From IMG/VR virus record IMGVR_UViG_3300032216_000911, positions 1 through 49,748 of that record: a DNA stretch of 49,748 bases; one strand, written 5' to 3'. Under the pieces are notes generated by a model that was not told the origin of the DNA, did no database searches, and worked only from the letters and a program-made list of their open reading frames with translations. Numbering within the stretch: position 1 is the stretch's first letter; each line of letters opens with the position of its first letter. Of this stretch, positions 9,200 to 19,240 are shown piece after piece. A program made the position numbers and the translations under genes. Source of the stretch: a virus. Taxonomy: Duplodnaviria; Caudoviricetes.

Positions 9200-9504
9200 G
9201 TCGGGCAATCCCATTTTTTGAGAGAAAGTGCTTTCCTTGTTGGGCGCCCTTTCTCATCTTTCATAGGACCGGGCATTCCTGACATTCTAGCACAAAATGA
9301 CTTGCGCCGCCCAGCCGCGACATCACTTTGCGCAGCTTGCTTTGCGCTCACGGGGGGCTTGATATCATGGCCTTGAGCACGGAGGGACGCGCGCCCCTTC
9401 GCATTTAGTCCGCCCTCTGGGTTCTTCCCCTCAGCGCGCGTCCAAGCGCCACCCGTGCTATAAACAGGAGTCGCGCCGCCCTTGGCCATACACCAGCGCC
9501 CCAT
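9196..9504 (-). CDS. DUF6321-like small basic phage protein preceded by MAKGG/YSTGG tags
   Basis: AWTRAEGKNPEGGLNAKGRAS...RRKSFCARM...KALSLKKWDC. Confidence 0.75.
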   Translation of the reverse strand: MGRWCMAKGGATPVYSTGGAWTRAEGKNPEGGLNAKGRASLRAQGHDIKPPVSAKQAAQSDVAAGRRKSFCARMSGMPGPMKDEKGRPTRKALSLKKWDCPT

Positions 9505-9507
9505 GGG

Positions 9508-9912
9508 TCACCCGTATGTCTTGATGCACTCGAGCACAATCGAGTACATGTCGCCAGAAGAAGCGTCGGCAGTGGTGAACGCGATGTTTCCTGTCTTCGT
9601 CGGAGCGGCGTTGTTGGTGAGGCCGCCAAACTCAGAGAAGTCCATGAAATAGTTCGTGTTCTGCGGGAGCATCCACGTCAGCAAGTCAGTCGTCGCATCC
9701 CAGAGAATGCGGACCTCCATGCCATGAGTGGTCGCCCAGATCTTGTTGATCTTGACGCCCGTGCAGGCCACACCGAAAGCATTCGGCGCAAGGTTGGCCA
9801 CGATCACCTTGTTGACAGCGGTTTCACCCGTGCCGTCAGAGATGTTCGTGAACTTTTGAATAACCAGCCGCTCGCCATCAAGCAGCGTCTGCGTTCCAAC
9901 TGTATCGACCAT
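9508..9912 (-). CDS. Hypothetical beta-rich virion protein
   Basis: Strong RBS (AGGAGG), late-operon position, biased codons. Confidence 0.7.
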   Translation of the reverse strand: MVDTVGTQTLLDGERLVIQKFTNISDGTGETAVNKVIVANLAPNAFGVACTGVKINKIWATTHGMEVRILWDATTDLLTWMLPQNTNYFMDFSEFGGLTNNAAPTKTGNIAFTTADASSGDMYSIVLECIKTYG

Positions 9913-9934
9913 CAGTCCCTCCTAAAGGAAAGTG

Positions 9935-9953
9935 AGGGGGCACAAGGCCCCCT
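9935..9953 (-). terminator. Intergenic GC hairpin, possible weak terminator or mRNA stabiliser
   Basis: AGGGGGC-acaag-GCCCCCT just after the stop at 9960; imperfect U tract. Confidence 0.4.
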
Positions 9954-9959
9954 TGCTTA

Positions 9960-10679
9960 TTAGGCGGGGGTGACGCCAACAGCGCCGGTCTGCGTGGCGT
10001 CAGGGCCAGCCGCCGCAGCGGTGAGGCCAATGGCGATCACAAGGCGGCGGGTGCCGTTGGAGGCAGTGGACGCAGGCAGGAAGGTGCCGCGCACGTCGCC
10101 GGTCGCATTCGTCGCGGGCGAGGTCGTGTCAGCCGCAGTGAAGGTGCCAGCGTTGTCAGCGACCGCGCCAGCCCAGCCGGTGCGCAGCAGGTAGCCAGCG
10201 TCCGTGACCTTGTAGGGCAGGCCAAAGGTATCGCCCATGCCGACCGACAGGTTGCCGACGAAGGCAGCCGAAACGGCAACGCGGGTGATCGTCTTAAAGG
10301 TCTTCGTGCTGTTGACGGTGGTGGTGCCATTGATCGTCAGCAGGGCAGTCTGCGCCTGGCCCCAGTAATCCGTGCCAGTGACGGTCACGGTCTGGCTGGT
10401 GTCGCTCGCGCTGGACGAAACGATGGAGACGTTGCGGGTGCAGTTGAAGGTGGCGACGCCACCAGTAGCGCTACCACCATTAATGGTGGCGTTGCCAGCA
10501 GCCGCGACAGCCTGAGCGGCGCAGACGGCAGTGGCGGAAATGGTGGCAGGGACGATGTCAAAGATGTAGACGCGACCCAGCGGGCCGACACCTTCATACA
10601 CCTGACCGGGGCCAGCCCAGCCCTGAGACTGCGGTCCGTTGGCTCCACCGAGCCAGAGGTCGTCACTATATTGAGGCAT
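9960..10679 (-). CDS. Putative capsid decoration/minor structural protein
   Basis: Directly downstream of major capsid; Ala/Thr/Gly-rich beta protein. Confidence 0.65.
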   Translation of the reverse strand: MPQYSDDLWLGGANGPQSQGWAGPGQVYEGVGPLGRVYIFDIVPATISATAVCAAQAVAAAGNATINGGSATGGVATFNCTRNVSIVSSSASDTSQTVTVTGTDYWGQAQTALLTINGTTTVNSTKTFKTITRVAVSAAFVGNLSVGMGDTFGLPYKVTDAGYLLRTGWAGAVADNAGTFTAADTTSPATNATGDVRGTFLPASTASNGTRRLVIAIGLTAAAAGPDATQTGAVGVTPA

Positions 10680-10731
10680 TGGTCTTCTCCATGAAAAGCT
10701 TGACCGGTTTTCGGTAGGTCTATTCTCACAT

Positions 10732-10761
10732 AAAAAGAAGGGGCGGTCTAGCCGCCCCTTC
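10732..10761 (-). terminator. Rho-independent terminator after major capsid gene
   Basis: 10-bp stem GAAGGGGCGG/CCGCCCCTTC, 5-nt loop, T5 on minus strand. Confidence 0.85.
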
Positions 10762-10768
10762 CCTTGTA

Positions 10769-11683
10769 TTAGACGCCGGGCGTCCCGAAGACCGAGCGCG
10801 GGTCGGTCCAGCCGAGGTCATAACGCTCGGTGGACTTAAAGCGCATCGAGTCGGTCTCGAAGTCGCCTTCCATGCTCTTCTCAAGCGGGCGGCGCATCAT
10901 GAGCTTCAGACCCTCGGGAGCGTCGGTCTCAACCCACCAAGCGGTGGTCGAGGTCAGACGAGACAGGTTAGCCTGACCACCGGCCAGAAGACCCATCGAC
11001 TTCACGGGGTTGATGTCGTTGTTGCCCGTGCCGGTGCGGAGGACGCTCTTCAGCAGAACCTCAGCCTGGAACACGTTGGACGGAGACACCACGAGCTTCG
11101 TCGGGTTCAGACGGATGCGCTTGCCGTTGTTGTCAACAGCATTGCGGACCTGAATGAGGATCTGCTCCAGCGAGGTCTGCGACAGCGCGGCGGCGGTCGC
11201 AAGCTGGTTGGAGAAGGTCCCGTTGATGATCGGGTGGTCGGTCGCAACAAGCGACTTACCGTCACCGCCAGCATAGGCGCCGTTGAACGCGCGGTTAAGC
11301 ACGTTCGCAGCGAGCGTCTCCTTCGTCTCGACCAAGGACTGGGCGAGATGCTTGGCGTAGGTCTGGCCGATACGGATGTGATCACCGTCTTCGACGAGAA
11401 CCTTCGTCAGCGCGAAGGCAAGGCCATAGACCTTGTACTGGTAGCGCTTGATGAAGAGCACACCACCGGACTGGTAGGTGACTGCCGTGCCATCGGGAAG
11501 CTCAGGAGCCGCACCGAAGCCGAACAGAACCGGCTCTTCGTGGTAGTTGCGGGGAATGCCACGCTCCTCGCGGAAGACTTGCTTCCACTCGTCGGCGCGC
11601 TGATCGTAAACGCCGTCGAACGCCTCGTTGAGGATAGGCTCGACAATGGACCGGAAGTCCGTACTGCGCATTGGTGTTGCCAT
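10769..11683 (-). CDS. Major capsid protein (Mu gpT-like HK97 fold)
   Basis: FGFGAAPE, YGLAFALT, ETKETLAANVLNRAF, GGDGKSL...HP, ERYDLGWTDPR; follows scaffold and is followed by a terminator. Confidence 0.9.
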   Translation of the reverse strand: MATPMRSTDFRSIVEPILNEAFDGVYDQRADEWKQVFREERGIPRNYHEEPVLFGFGAAPELPDGTAVTYQSGGVLFIKRYQYKVYGLAFALTKVLVEDGDHIRIGQTYAKHLAQSLVETKETLAANVLNRAFNGAYAGGDGKSLVATDHPIINGTFSNQLATAAALSQTSLEQILIQVRNAVDNNGKRIRLNPTKLVVSPSNVFQAEVLLKSVLRTGTGNNDINPVKSMGLLAGGQANLSRLTSTTAWWVETDAPEGLKLMMRRPLEKSMEGDFETDSMRFKSTERYDLGWTDPRSVFGTPGV

Positions 11684-11698
11684 GACAGGGGCTCCCTA

Positions 11699-12259
11699 TT
11701 AGAAGGCGTTGATCGTGGCGACGTACTGATGCTTCGAGATCTGCACCTGCACGACTGTGAAAGCATCGCCCGAGGCATTATCAATGCCGTTAGCAATACC
11801 GACGACTCGCATCTGAGCATTACCAGAGGTCGTCTGGGTGCTGACGCCAAGGGTAGCAATCGAATAACCAAGACCGTTGCTGGAAGCAGCGGCGCTGAAG
11901 TTATACTGATTGCCGACGTTGGTCTGCGAGAGAGAACCATCAGCCTGAATCTCATAAACGAGATAGGGGTCCATGGTGTAGTAGGCGATGATCTCAGTCG
12001 CAGTCGTGCCCGAGGGCCAGCTGGGGGAGATCACAGGACGCTGAGCGCCTGAGGGGAGATACTGACAACCGGCGAAGAGACCGATGAAAGCATCACCAGC
12101 AGCGGCGGCCTGAAGAGTGCCGTCGGTGCCCATCTTGACAGGCTGGCCCGTGTAGAGGTCAGCAGCGTAGGTGGACAGGATTGTGCCCTGCATTTCACGA
12201 ATGATCCCCGACGGGCTGTAAGCCGCACGGAGACCGAAGGGAGCATTGGTCGAAGACAT
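11699..12259 (-). CDS. Capsid-associated (decoration/cement-like) protein
   Basis: NAPFGLRA...LYTGQPV...IGLFAGCQY...DPYLVYEIQADG; between scaffold region and MCP. Confidence 0.65.
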   Translation of the reverse strand: MSSTNAPFGLRAAYSPSGIIREMQGTILSTYAADLYTGQPVKMGTDGTLQAAAAGDAFIGLFAGCQYLPSGAQRPVISPSWPSGTTATEIIAYYTMDPYLVYEIQADGSLSQTNVGNQYNFSAAASSNGLGYSIATLGVSTQTTSGNAQMRVVGIANGIDNASGDAFTVVQVQISKHQYVATINAF

Positions 12260-12291
12260 CTTCGATTCCTTTTGCTAGGTGAGGGGACGCC

Positions 12292-12828
12292 CTACTCGAA
12301 GATCGGGTTGGGCGCAGCTTCACGCAGGCTGGACATACCGTCTTCCTCCATCATGCGGGTCTTGCTGCTACGAGCGCGAGCCTCCATGGTATCCATGTCA
12401 GACGTGACCTTTTCCTCCTCACGCAGTGGCGCGTCATGGTGCGCCTCTCTCATGATCCGGTAGTAAAGACGCTCGGGCAGCTTGGCCGCAATCATCTCAT
12501 TCACGCCGACAAGGCCAGCATATTCGCCGGTCTTGAGGGTTGCGTATTCCCAACCCGGAACCTCTTCAGGCTTTACCGGCTCGTATCCGAGACGGAAGCG
12601 CGCCTGAACAGAGTCGCGCGGATTGGTCGTAGTCAGCCAGCACACATGATATCCGGGGATATCAGGCAGGTCTGGCAATGCGCTTTGATAAAACGAATCC
12701 CGAAACATTTGGATGCGATCATCGTCGGAGAGCTCTCGGTTCTCTGTGACTGCGCGATCATCCATCGCGCGGCTACGACGTGCCGGATCAACCATTTTCT
12801 TGAGTCGTTCATCATTACCAAGGTTCAT
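12292..12828 (-). CDS. Conserved head-module hypothetical protein
   Basis: PGYHVCWL...RFRLGYEPVK motif; position between scaffold and capsid genes. Confidence 0.7.
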   Translation of the reverse strand: MNLGNDERLKKMVDPARRSRAMDDRAVTENRELSDDDRIQMFRDSFYQSALPDLPDIPGYHVCWLTTTNPRDSVQARFRLGYEPVKPEEVPGWEYATLKTGEYAGLVGVNEMIAAKLPERLYYRIMREAHHDAPLREEEKVTSDMDTMEARARSSKTRMMEEDGMSSLREAAPNPIFE

Positions 12829-12839
12829 AGCTCGCTCCT

Positions 12840-13754
12840 TCAGCGTGCAGATTTCATTTCACGATCCGTTTCTTGGTAGCGCTTCAACATGCGCTGCCTC
12901 AGAACCGGGTCATCCCAATAGCCAGCGTCTTTCATCGCTTGGATGCGTTCAGCGCTGACAAAAACTTTCTTGGATCCGGGGGCACTCATTTCCCTAGACC
13001 CGCCGACCGGAGGACCCCTCCGACCGGACTGCTGAGGCTCAGTATACTCTGAATCCTCATCATCTGCAAAGCGGTGGGGAAGACGCTCGGCAAGACGCCG
13101 GTCAAGTTCCTTCCAGTACTTCTTGGTGGCGGGGTTGAAGCCCTCGGCGACCAGCCCTGCGTCGATGGCTTTCGCAGCCGACGAGTCGGGGTCGTTGCCG
13201 TTGGCATTGAACCAAGTGTTCTCAGACGCCCACTTCCTGGCCCGATCCGCTACCTCGGTGTTCTGAGGAGCGGGCGCCTGAGAGAACTGGTTCTTGACCC
13301 TGTTGATCTCAGCAGCCTGAGCCATGGCTTGGTCGCGCTGGCGCAGCAGCTCGGGGACCTTGGCCCCGTCGCCGATCTCAATCGCCTTGGCGAGGTCAGA
13401 CTCAGCCCTTTGCACTGCGTACAAGGCTTGGCTGTAGTTCTGGTCGAGGGAGCCCTTCTGCGCCGTGATGGCGTGATGCTCGACAGCCTCAAGGCGCTGC
13501 TGAAGAGCTTTATTCTGCTCCATCAGCCACTGCATTTCCTCTTTGGTCTTGTCGCGGGCGAAGCGCTGGCTCTCCCGACGCCGCTTGCGCTCGTTTCGGC
13601 GCGCTTCGCGGCGTTCTTGGTCTTCCTCATTGAGGGAGTCGGAAAGGCGCTCGTCAGCCTCCTCATGACCTTCGTCATGATCGTCAGCATCCTCCGGCGC
13701 CTCAACCGGGATCAGCTTTTCTTCCTGTATTTCAGCCTTTTCGGTGCTGTTCAT
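12840..13754 (-). CDS. Capsid scaffolding protein
   Basis: Acidic N-terminus, long coiled coil, WASENTWF and Y..ELDRRL motifs, upstream of MCP. Confidence 0.75.
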   Translation of the reverse strand: MNSTEKAEIQEEKLIPVEAPEDADDHDEGHEEADERLSDSLNEEDQERREARRNERKRRRESQRFARDKTKEEMQWLMEQNKALQQRLEAVEHHAITAQKGSLDQNYSQALYAVQRAESDLAKAIEIGDGAKVPELLRQRDQAMAQAAEINRVKNQFSQAPAPQNTEVADRARKWASENTWFNANGNDPDSSAAKAIDAGLVAEGFNPATKKYWKELDRRLAERLPHRFADDEDSEYTEPQQSGRRGPPVGGSREMSAPGSKKVFVSAERIQAMKDAGYWDDPVLRQRMLKRYQETDREMKSAR

Positions 13755-13764
13755 GGCTCAGCTC

Positions 13765-14229
13765 CTACGCGCCAAGAAAGAATGGGACGGCAAGGGGGTC
13801 TTGAACCTTCGTGAGAATGTTCAGATCGTCAAAGATGGCGAACTGAACCTTCTCGACCTTGCCATATTTTGCATGATGGAGCGTCTGAGGGAGGTTAACC
13901 TCAAACCTGTCGCCGCCGTACTTGGGGAGCCACACGAAATCGCCCGGCTTGCACCAAGCTCCTTCGGGCCAATCCGTCATGGTGTCGCGGCTCTTGTAGG
14001 CGAGCGGGCCAACGGCGATAACCTTCGCCACTTGGGTGTTATCTCTTTGAATTTCCTGTGTTTTTTCAGGAACAAAGATAAACGGGTTCAGCTTTTCCTT
14101 TACACCGCGTATCTGAACCAAGATCCGCGACCCGAATGGCGTCATTCCGGCGCTTAATTCGGGGAAAAAATAACCCATGTCATCCGTAAGCTGATCTAGT
14201 ACGGCGCTTTCTGCCATGCTCATCGTCAT
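13765..14229 (-). CDS. GroES-like co-chaperonin
   Basis: PFGSRILVQ...AKVIAVGPLAY...WCKPGDFV..PKYGG; start inferred from GGAG RBS. Confidence 0.85.
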   Translation of the reverse strand: MTMSMAESAVLDQLTDDMGYFFPELSAGMTPFGSRILVQIRGVKEKLNPFIFVPEKTQEIQRDNTQVAKVIAVGPLAYKSRDTMTDWPEGAWCKPGDFVWLPKYGGDRFEVNLPQTLHHAKYGKVEKVQFAIFDDLNILTKVQDPLAVPFFLGA

Positions 14230-14401
14230 CTTCTCCTTCTGCCAAGGTCTCCTCAATGATCGCAATAGCGCGACCCAGACCGGCGTATCGTCCTGCCCTG
14301 CGCCCGTACTCAAAGACTGAGCCGTCGCCAGGCTGCTCCATAGTTTCGTGGGCTACCCGACTTTGTTCTTCGAGTAGCCTCTTAATGATGATCTCAAGCA
14401 T
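14180..14401 (-). CDS. Hypothetical head-module protein
   Basis: EYGRRAGRYAGL..AI.IIEE pattern typical of genes between portal and GroES; GGAG RBS. Confidence 0.7.
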   Translation of the reverse strand: MLEIIIKRLLEEQSRVAHETMEQPGDGSVFEYGRRAGRYAGLGRAIAIIEETLAEGEDDDEHGRKRRTRSAYG

Positions 14402-14420
14402 ATAGTCTCCAAGTCAAGGA

Positions 14421-14618
14421 CTATTTCTTCGCATTGAAGGAAGAAAGTCCGCTTTTGGAGGGGGCATCGTTCTTGCCCGAAAGATTTCTGTGGATACCGT
14501 AGGGTTTATGCGGCGTGACCATGTCATTGACCATGTTCTTACCAGCGCCCGACGGCTCGTTGTTCACGGCCATGCCCATGGCGAGGCGCTTATGCTGGGG
14601 GAGAAGGGAGTCATCCAT
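14421..14618 (-). CDS. Small hypothetical protein
   Basis: Fills the gap after portal with a GAGG RBS; LPQHKRLAMG motif. Confidence 0.6.
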   Translation of the reverse strand: MDDSLLPQHKRLAMGMAVNNEPSGAGKNMVNDMVTPHKPYGIHRNLSGKNDAPSKSGLSSFNAKK

Positions 14619-14626
14619 TGTGAACC

Positions 14627-17044
14627 TCAGGGGTTGATACCGTGGCCGGTGGAGAGATTAGACTTGCCGCCGTGCTCGGCCTCAAATACGGCAAGTTCTT
14701 TCGCGGTGCGGTTGTCCGCATCGTTCATTTGCTGCTTTGCAGCAATATCCATTTGACGCTCTTGCATCTTGATCTGGTCAAGTTGTGTTTCACGGGAAAC
14801 ACGCTCTTGCTCAATCTGAAGCTTCGCCTGATCATACTGCGCCTTGCGCTGCGTCTCGGCCATGAGAACCTGCGTGGGATCCTGAGGCTTCGGCGGCTGA
14901 AATTGCTGCATGAACTGCTGGGCCTGCTGGATAACAGGCGGAACGCCCTGGAGGCTCTGCTGAATGTCAGGCATGAAACGTTGCGAGGCCATCGCCAGAA
15001 GGCGGTCGAGCTCAGCCGACACGTCTTGATCCTTACCCTCAAGGAAGGCGTCCAGAGGCACGCCAGCGGCGTTGCTGGTCTGCTCATAGATGTAGAGCGA
15101 GTACCAGTAAGCCATGTGCTCCTTGATGTGCTGGAGCACACCGGGGATGTACACAGGGCCGATCAACTGGCTCATGCCGAAGATCGGGCTCTTCAGGTAG
15201 TCGAGGTGAACCTGAAGGTGCGCTAGATGGTCTTGCATTGGGAAAGCCGCCACCGGCCTTCCCAGCGTCATGGCGAGGTTCTCGTTGACGGCGTTAAGCT
15301 CAATGGGCTCGGGCTTCTTCGCCAACAGCGGCTTGAAGTCGGGGATCTTCATCCCCTCAAGGAACCGCTCTTCAACGGCGCGCTGGTCATAGAGGCCGGG
15401 CACAGCAGCGGCGCGCTGCACAATAGCCTGCATCTGGGCGGCGCGCTGAACGTCTGAGAAGATGTTGGGGTCAGAGACCGGCACAACATCCATCGGGCCT
15501 TGGAAGTCCTTGGCCTTGCACATCTCCTCGCCGGTCACGCGCTGGATGTACTCGTCGTCGATGTGCTTTGAGTTCAGTCGGTGCAGAACCTTCAGCGTCA
15601 TCGCCATGGCGTAGTGCAGGCGAGCATGAATGGCCGAGAACACCGTCATGCCCTGCTCAATCATGGCGAGGGTGGTGCCGACGGGGACGTTCGGGTTCTG
15701 GTCCTGAAGCTTCTCATAGGTCGTGCGCACGACGCCGCGAGCGGCCTCGGTGACGAAGCCCAGAAGCTGGTAAAGCACGGCGTTCGGCGGGTTGAACGGA
15801 ACGGCCATGGCGATCTTGCGAACGTCATCGACGCCCACGCCGCCCTCGATCTCCGTCACCTGCGTCGGCTCAATACGGTCAGACTGACCACCGCGAGAAC
15901 CGCCCTTCAGCTTCAACATGCCGGGGAAGTTGTTGATGTGCGCCGAGTCGAGGAGGGCTCGCAAAGCGCCAGTAGCCGCACCCGACAGGCTGCCGATCAT
16001 GTGGGGCAGGCCGATGGGATAGGCACCGCGCCAGGGCACGAAGGGAAACTCAATCATGTGAATGAGTTCTTCCTGCTGCTCGTCGTCTGGATCCCAGTTG
16101 CGGTAGATCGACAGCGTTTCCTTTGTCGTGTGGTCGATGGTCACAATGTAGGGGGCGAGGCCGAAGTTGTCTTCGAAGTCGAGATAGCAGGCGACCTCAA
16201 AGACCGTGCGCAGGCCATCCTCGTTGTAGCTGGTTTGCTCGCGGCCTTCGATCTTGTTGTTGGCCTTGCCCGGACCAGTCAGATCTGGCTCTTGCGGAGC
16301 CACGAGATTGATATCGCGAAACATGCCGGTGCCGACACGCTTCTCAAACTCAAGCCGCGTGATGTACTGAACATGGGTCTTGCGCTCAGCGGTGTAGAAG
16401 CTGGTGGCGCTATAGGGTAGGTAAACGTCGTCGATGGGCACGAAGATTGCGCGCGGTCGGTTGCGCTGCTCGTCCCAGATCATCTTCATGTACTGAGCGC
16501 CGCCGAGCGGGACCTGCGTGGTCAGCTGCTCTAGCTCCGGCCTGAACTCAACCATCTGCTGGGTGAGCTGCCAGTTCATAAACTGTTGTTTGCGCTTGGC
16601 TTTCTCAAGCTTTTGCTGCGTAACCTCTCCGGGGATAAATTCCTTTACGGGGCCATTAGCAGGAAACAGTTCCTTAATGACACGGGAGGAAAAGTCTACG
16701 CAGGCTTCGGTCAGCATGGGATGCACGACCTTTGACGCGCCCTGGAAGTCAGCGCCACCTGGGGCGTCGTCGCCCAAACCAGTGCGGCGCAGGCCTTCCT
16801 CGTACTGCTTGTCGCGCAGCGACCGGGCTTCCTTGTCGCGCTCAATGAACTCCAGAAGCTGGCTGGAGATCATCATCATGTCGGTCGTCGGCATGTCCTC
16901 AGCCAAGTTCGCATAGAACTCGGCGTTCTGGGCCATGTCAGGCTCGTCGAGCGTTACAGTCGCGGAGCCGTCTTCATGCTCCTCAATGTCGCTCTCAGCA
17001 TCGGGCTGCATCTCAACTTCTGCGCCCTTTTCGTCTTCATCCAT
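14627..17044 (-). CDS. Portal protein with C-terminal Gln-rich coiled coil
   Basis: 805 aa; FYANLAE, GASKVVHPMLTEAC, PVGTTLAMIEQG..VFSAIHARLH, VPVSDPNIFS; in packaging module. Confidence 0.9.
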   Translation of the reverse strand: MDEDEKGAEVEMQPDAESDIEEHEDGSATVTLDEPDMAQNAEFYANLAEDMPTTDMMMISSQLLEFIERDKEARSLRDKQYEEGLRRTGLGDDAPGGADFQGASKVVHPMLTEACVDFSSRVIKELFPANGPVKEFIPGEVTQQKLEKAKRKQQFMNWQLTQQMVEFRPELEQLTTQVPLGGAQYMKMIWDEQRNRPRAIFVPIDDVYLPYSATSFYTAERKTHVQYITRLEFEKRVGTGMFRDINLVAPQEPDLTGPGKANNKIEGREQTSYNEDGLRTVFEVACYLDFEDNFGLAPYIVTIDHTTKETLSIYRNWDPDDEQQEELIHMIEFPFVPWRGAYPIGLPHMIGSLSGAATGALRALLDSAHINNFPGMLKLKGGSRGGQSDRIEPTQVTEIEGGVGVDDVRKIAMAVPFNPPNAVLYQLLGFVTEAARGVVRTTYEKLQDQNPNVPVGTTLAMIEQGMTVFSAIHARLHYAMAMTLKVLHRLNSKHIDDEYIQRVTGEEMCKAKDFQGPMDVVPVSDPNIFSDVQRAAQMQAIVQRAAAVPGLYDQRAVEERFLEGMKIPDFKPLLAKKPEPIELNAVNENLAMTLGRPVAAFPMQDHLAHLQVHLDYLKSPIFGMSQLIGPVYIPGVLQHIKEHMAYWYSLYIYEQTSNAAGVPLDAFLEGKDQDVSAELDRLLAMASQRFMPDIQQSLQGVPPVIQQAQQFMQQFQPPKPQDPTQVLMAETQRKAQYDQAKLQIEQERVSRETQLDQIKMQERQMDIAAKQQMNDADNRTAKELAVFEAEHGGKSNLSTGHGINP

Positions 17045-17053
17045 GGGAGAGCC

Positions 17054-19240
17054 TTACAGTTTTGATAGAGGTGATTGGCCGAAAGCATACCCTACATTTG
17101 GGTTTTGCGATATCGGGGACGGGGCAGGGGCGGCATTGACGTTCTTCATCGCCAGCGTGGCAAGGCCAGGCTGCATGGTCGGAACCGACGCAGCGATAGA
17201 CGGGGCCATCGGCGAAGCATGAGGCGCGTCAGAACCGTAGGCATCACTGGCAGCAAGGCCGGGAGGCTGGGCAATGCTGCCCACAGGCCCCTCGCCGTCC
17301 GTGAAGGCCATTGTGGGGTACGGGGGCACGGTTGGCTGGGACGGAGGCTGCATGGGCGACACCAGCCCGCCGTCGGCGAAGTACTGGTCAGCGTTGAAGT
17401 AGCCGCCTTGAGCGGCGGCAGGACCGTAAAACCGCTGCTCAGCGCCAAATCCATACTTGGTCGGATCGCCGGTCAGGCCGAGATATCGGCGGAGGGCAGT
17501 GGCGGTGTCAGGCGCAGGTCCGGATGCCGTAACGGTAGGGGTAGCCGTGGGATCGAAGGTGGCAAGGTCAATGATTTGCGATCCAGTGGTGAGTGGTGGA
17601 ACATATATATCGCCGCCAGATCCTGTACCATTATCCGCTCCAGTATAGCTGGGTGCCTGAGCCTGAGCTGACGTGGACGACATGGCGGTGGGCTGAGACG
17701 ATGGGGCAGATGGAGATACTGCTGGTGCAAAAGCCGATGGAGTAGAGCTAGGCAACCCAGCCGCCACATTCCCAACTGTATTAGCCGCTTGCGCGTTTTG
17801 AGCGGCAAGAGCATCAAGCGTATTCATGCTCAAGCCTTGTTCTAAATCTTGAACATCTGTTGGAGACCCAGATCTGCCAGCAGCTGTCCATTGAGCTTGC
17901 GCCAATGCAGCACGATCCGCGTCGCTGAGAGCGGAAACTTGTTCGTTTTCTAAAGTACCAAGAGGAGACGCTAAATTACCGGGCGAAGTGGTAGTGGTTA
18001 TTGTTGGCGCCATATCTGGGGCAAATGGCGATCCCACGGGCGCAGCAGATACTTGAGGAGCGCCTGTAAATGTTTGCGCCGCAGCAAGATTTTGCGCGGG
18101 AGAACCAGATCTAGATCCAAGGCCAGGGGCTCCCGGCGTAGCCGACGGATCAAAAGCATTGAAACCATATGCGCTTTGCACGGTAGCGGCTGGCCCGTAG
18201 GTAGCCCCAAAAACATTAGTAGCGGCGGGGCCTGGCTGCGAGCCATAAATGGCCTGCTGCCCCTTGGCCGCAGCAATACTGTTACTTGTTGATCGTAGGC
18301 TGTTGACAAAGTCTGGATTAGCATCAACCCATCCCGGACGAGAAGCGGGGTCAAGGCTATTAAGCCAACTATCAAACTCGCCCCTTCCAGCGGCATTTTT
18401 GGCGGCGGTGAGAGTTGCCGGATAAGATGCGGTGCTTGGAGATGCCTCAGCAGTACCAACACCAAACAATTCGCCAATAGCGTTGCCAAGCGATCCCAAA
18501 ATTCCTGATGTACCGCCACCGCCAGACCCAGGCCCGGTTCCTACATCCGGGCCAGCTTCTGGGGCAGATGATGTCTCCGGTGCCGCAGCGCTGGTATCCA
18601 AACCGGCGCTTACAGCTCCAAGAGTGCTGCTTAAGGCAGCGTTCTGGTCGGCCAAAGAGGCATATGCGTCAGCGCTGATTCCTTGCGGGGCGTTCGCCAT
18701 AGCAGCCAACTCTGCTGGTGACGCCAAGGATAGAGAGTCACTCGTCAAACCAACCAAGCCAGCATCGGGCCCATCAGGCCCGTCCGCAAGACCAGCCAAG
18801 CCTTCAGCGCCCTGCGACCCAAGCCCAGCACCCAGACCACCCCAGCCAGCGGCCTCACCGGCTGACAGGCCAGTGCCCGCGTCAGCCTCGCCAGCCGCAG
18901 AATTAGCATCCCCCATGCCGTCGCCCATGCTGCCGCCTGAACCACCGCCTTCGCCGCCACCGTTTCCGTCCGAGCCGCCACCATCGCCATCGCCGCAGCT
19001 GCCGCAACCGCCGCAGCCCTGAGCGATCAGGGCGACGTTCTTGTTCTCGTGGATGTCGGCCCAAGCGCCGCCAAGCTGGTCAAGCAGTGCGCGTTGCTCA
19101 GCCGTGATCAGGGGAATGACCTTGGCGGGCAGTCGGTCGAGGGGGATCTGGGCGACAATCGCCTCGGCCACCGGGTTTTGGTCGGCCACATAGTGCTTGA
19201 GCAGCTTGGCCGCCAAGGCCCGGAGGTCGTTGTCGTTCAT
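17054..19240 (-). CDS. Low-complexity Gly/Ala/Ser/Pro-rich putative internal virion/ejected protein
   Basis: 728 aa between terL and portal; helical N-terminus, CGGCGSC plus Gly/Asp tract, AAQGG and FADGG tags. Confidence 0.6.
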   Translation of the reverse strand: MNDNDLRALAAKLLKHYVADQNPVAEAIVAQIPLDRLPAKVIPLITAEQRALLDQLGGAWADIHENKNVALIAQGCGGCGSCGDGDGGGSDGNGGGEGGGSGGSMGDGMGDANSAAGEADAGTGLSAGEAAGWGGLGAGLGSQGAEGLAGLADGPDGPDAGLVGLTSDSLSLASPAELAAMANAPQGISADAYASLADQNAALSSTLGAVSAGLDTSAAAPETSSAPEAGPDVGTGPGSGGGGTSGILGSLGNAIGELFGVGTAEASPSTASYPATLTAAKNAAGRGEFDSWLNSLDPASRPGWVDANPDFVNSLRSTSNSIAAAKGQQAIYGSQPGPAATNVFGATYGPAATVQSAYGFNAFDPSATPGAPGLGSRSGSPAQNLAAAQTFTGAPQVSAAPVGSPFAPDMAPTITTTTSPGNLASPLGTLENEQVSALSDADRAALAQAQWTAAGRSGSPTDVQDLEQGLSMNTLDALAAQNAQAANTVGNVAAGLPSSTPSAFAPAVSPSAPSSQPTAMSSTSAQAQAPSYTGADNGTGSGGDIYVPPLTTGSQIIDLATFDPTATPTVTASGPAPDTATALRRYLGLTGDPTKYGFGAEQRFYGPAAAQGGYFNADQYFADGGLVSPMQPPSQPTVPPYPTMAFTDGEGPVGSIAQPPGLAASDAYGSDAPHASPMAPSIAASVPTMQPGLATLAMKNVNAAPAPSPISQNPNVGYAFGQSPLSKL

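Noticed and set aside
10769-17044. GG-like strings in MCP (YAGG, LAGG) and portal (LKGG) as members of the tag family
   Set aside because: They lie within conserved folded regions rather than at module boundaries; not counted
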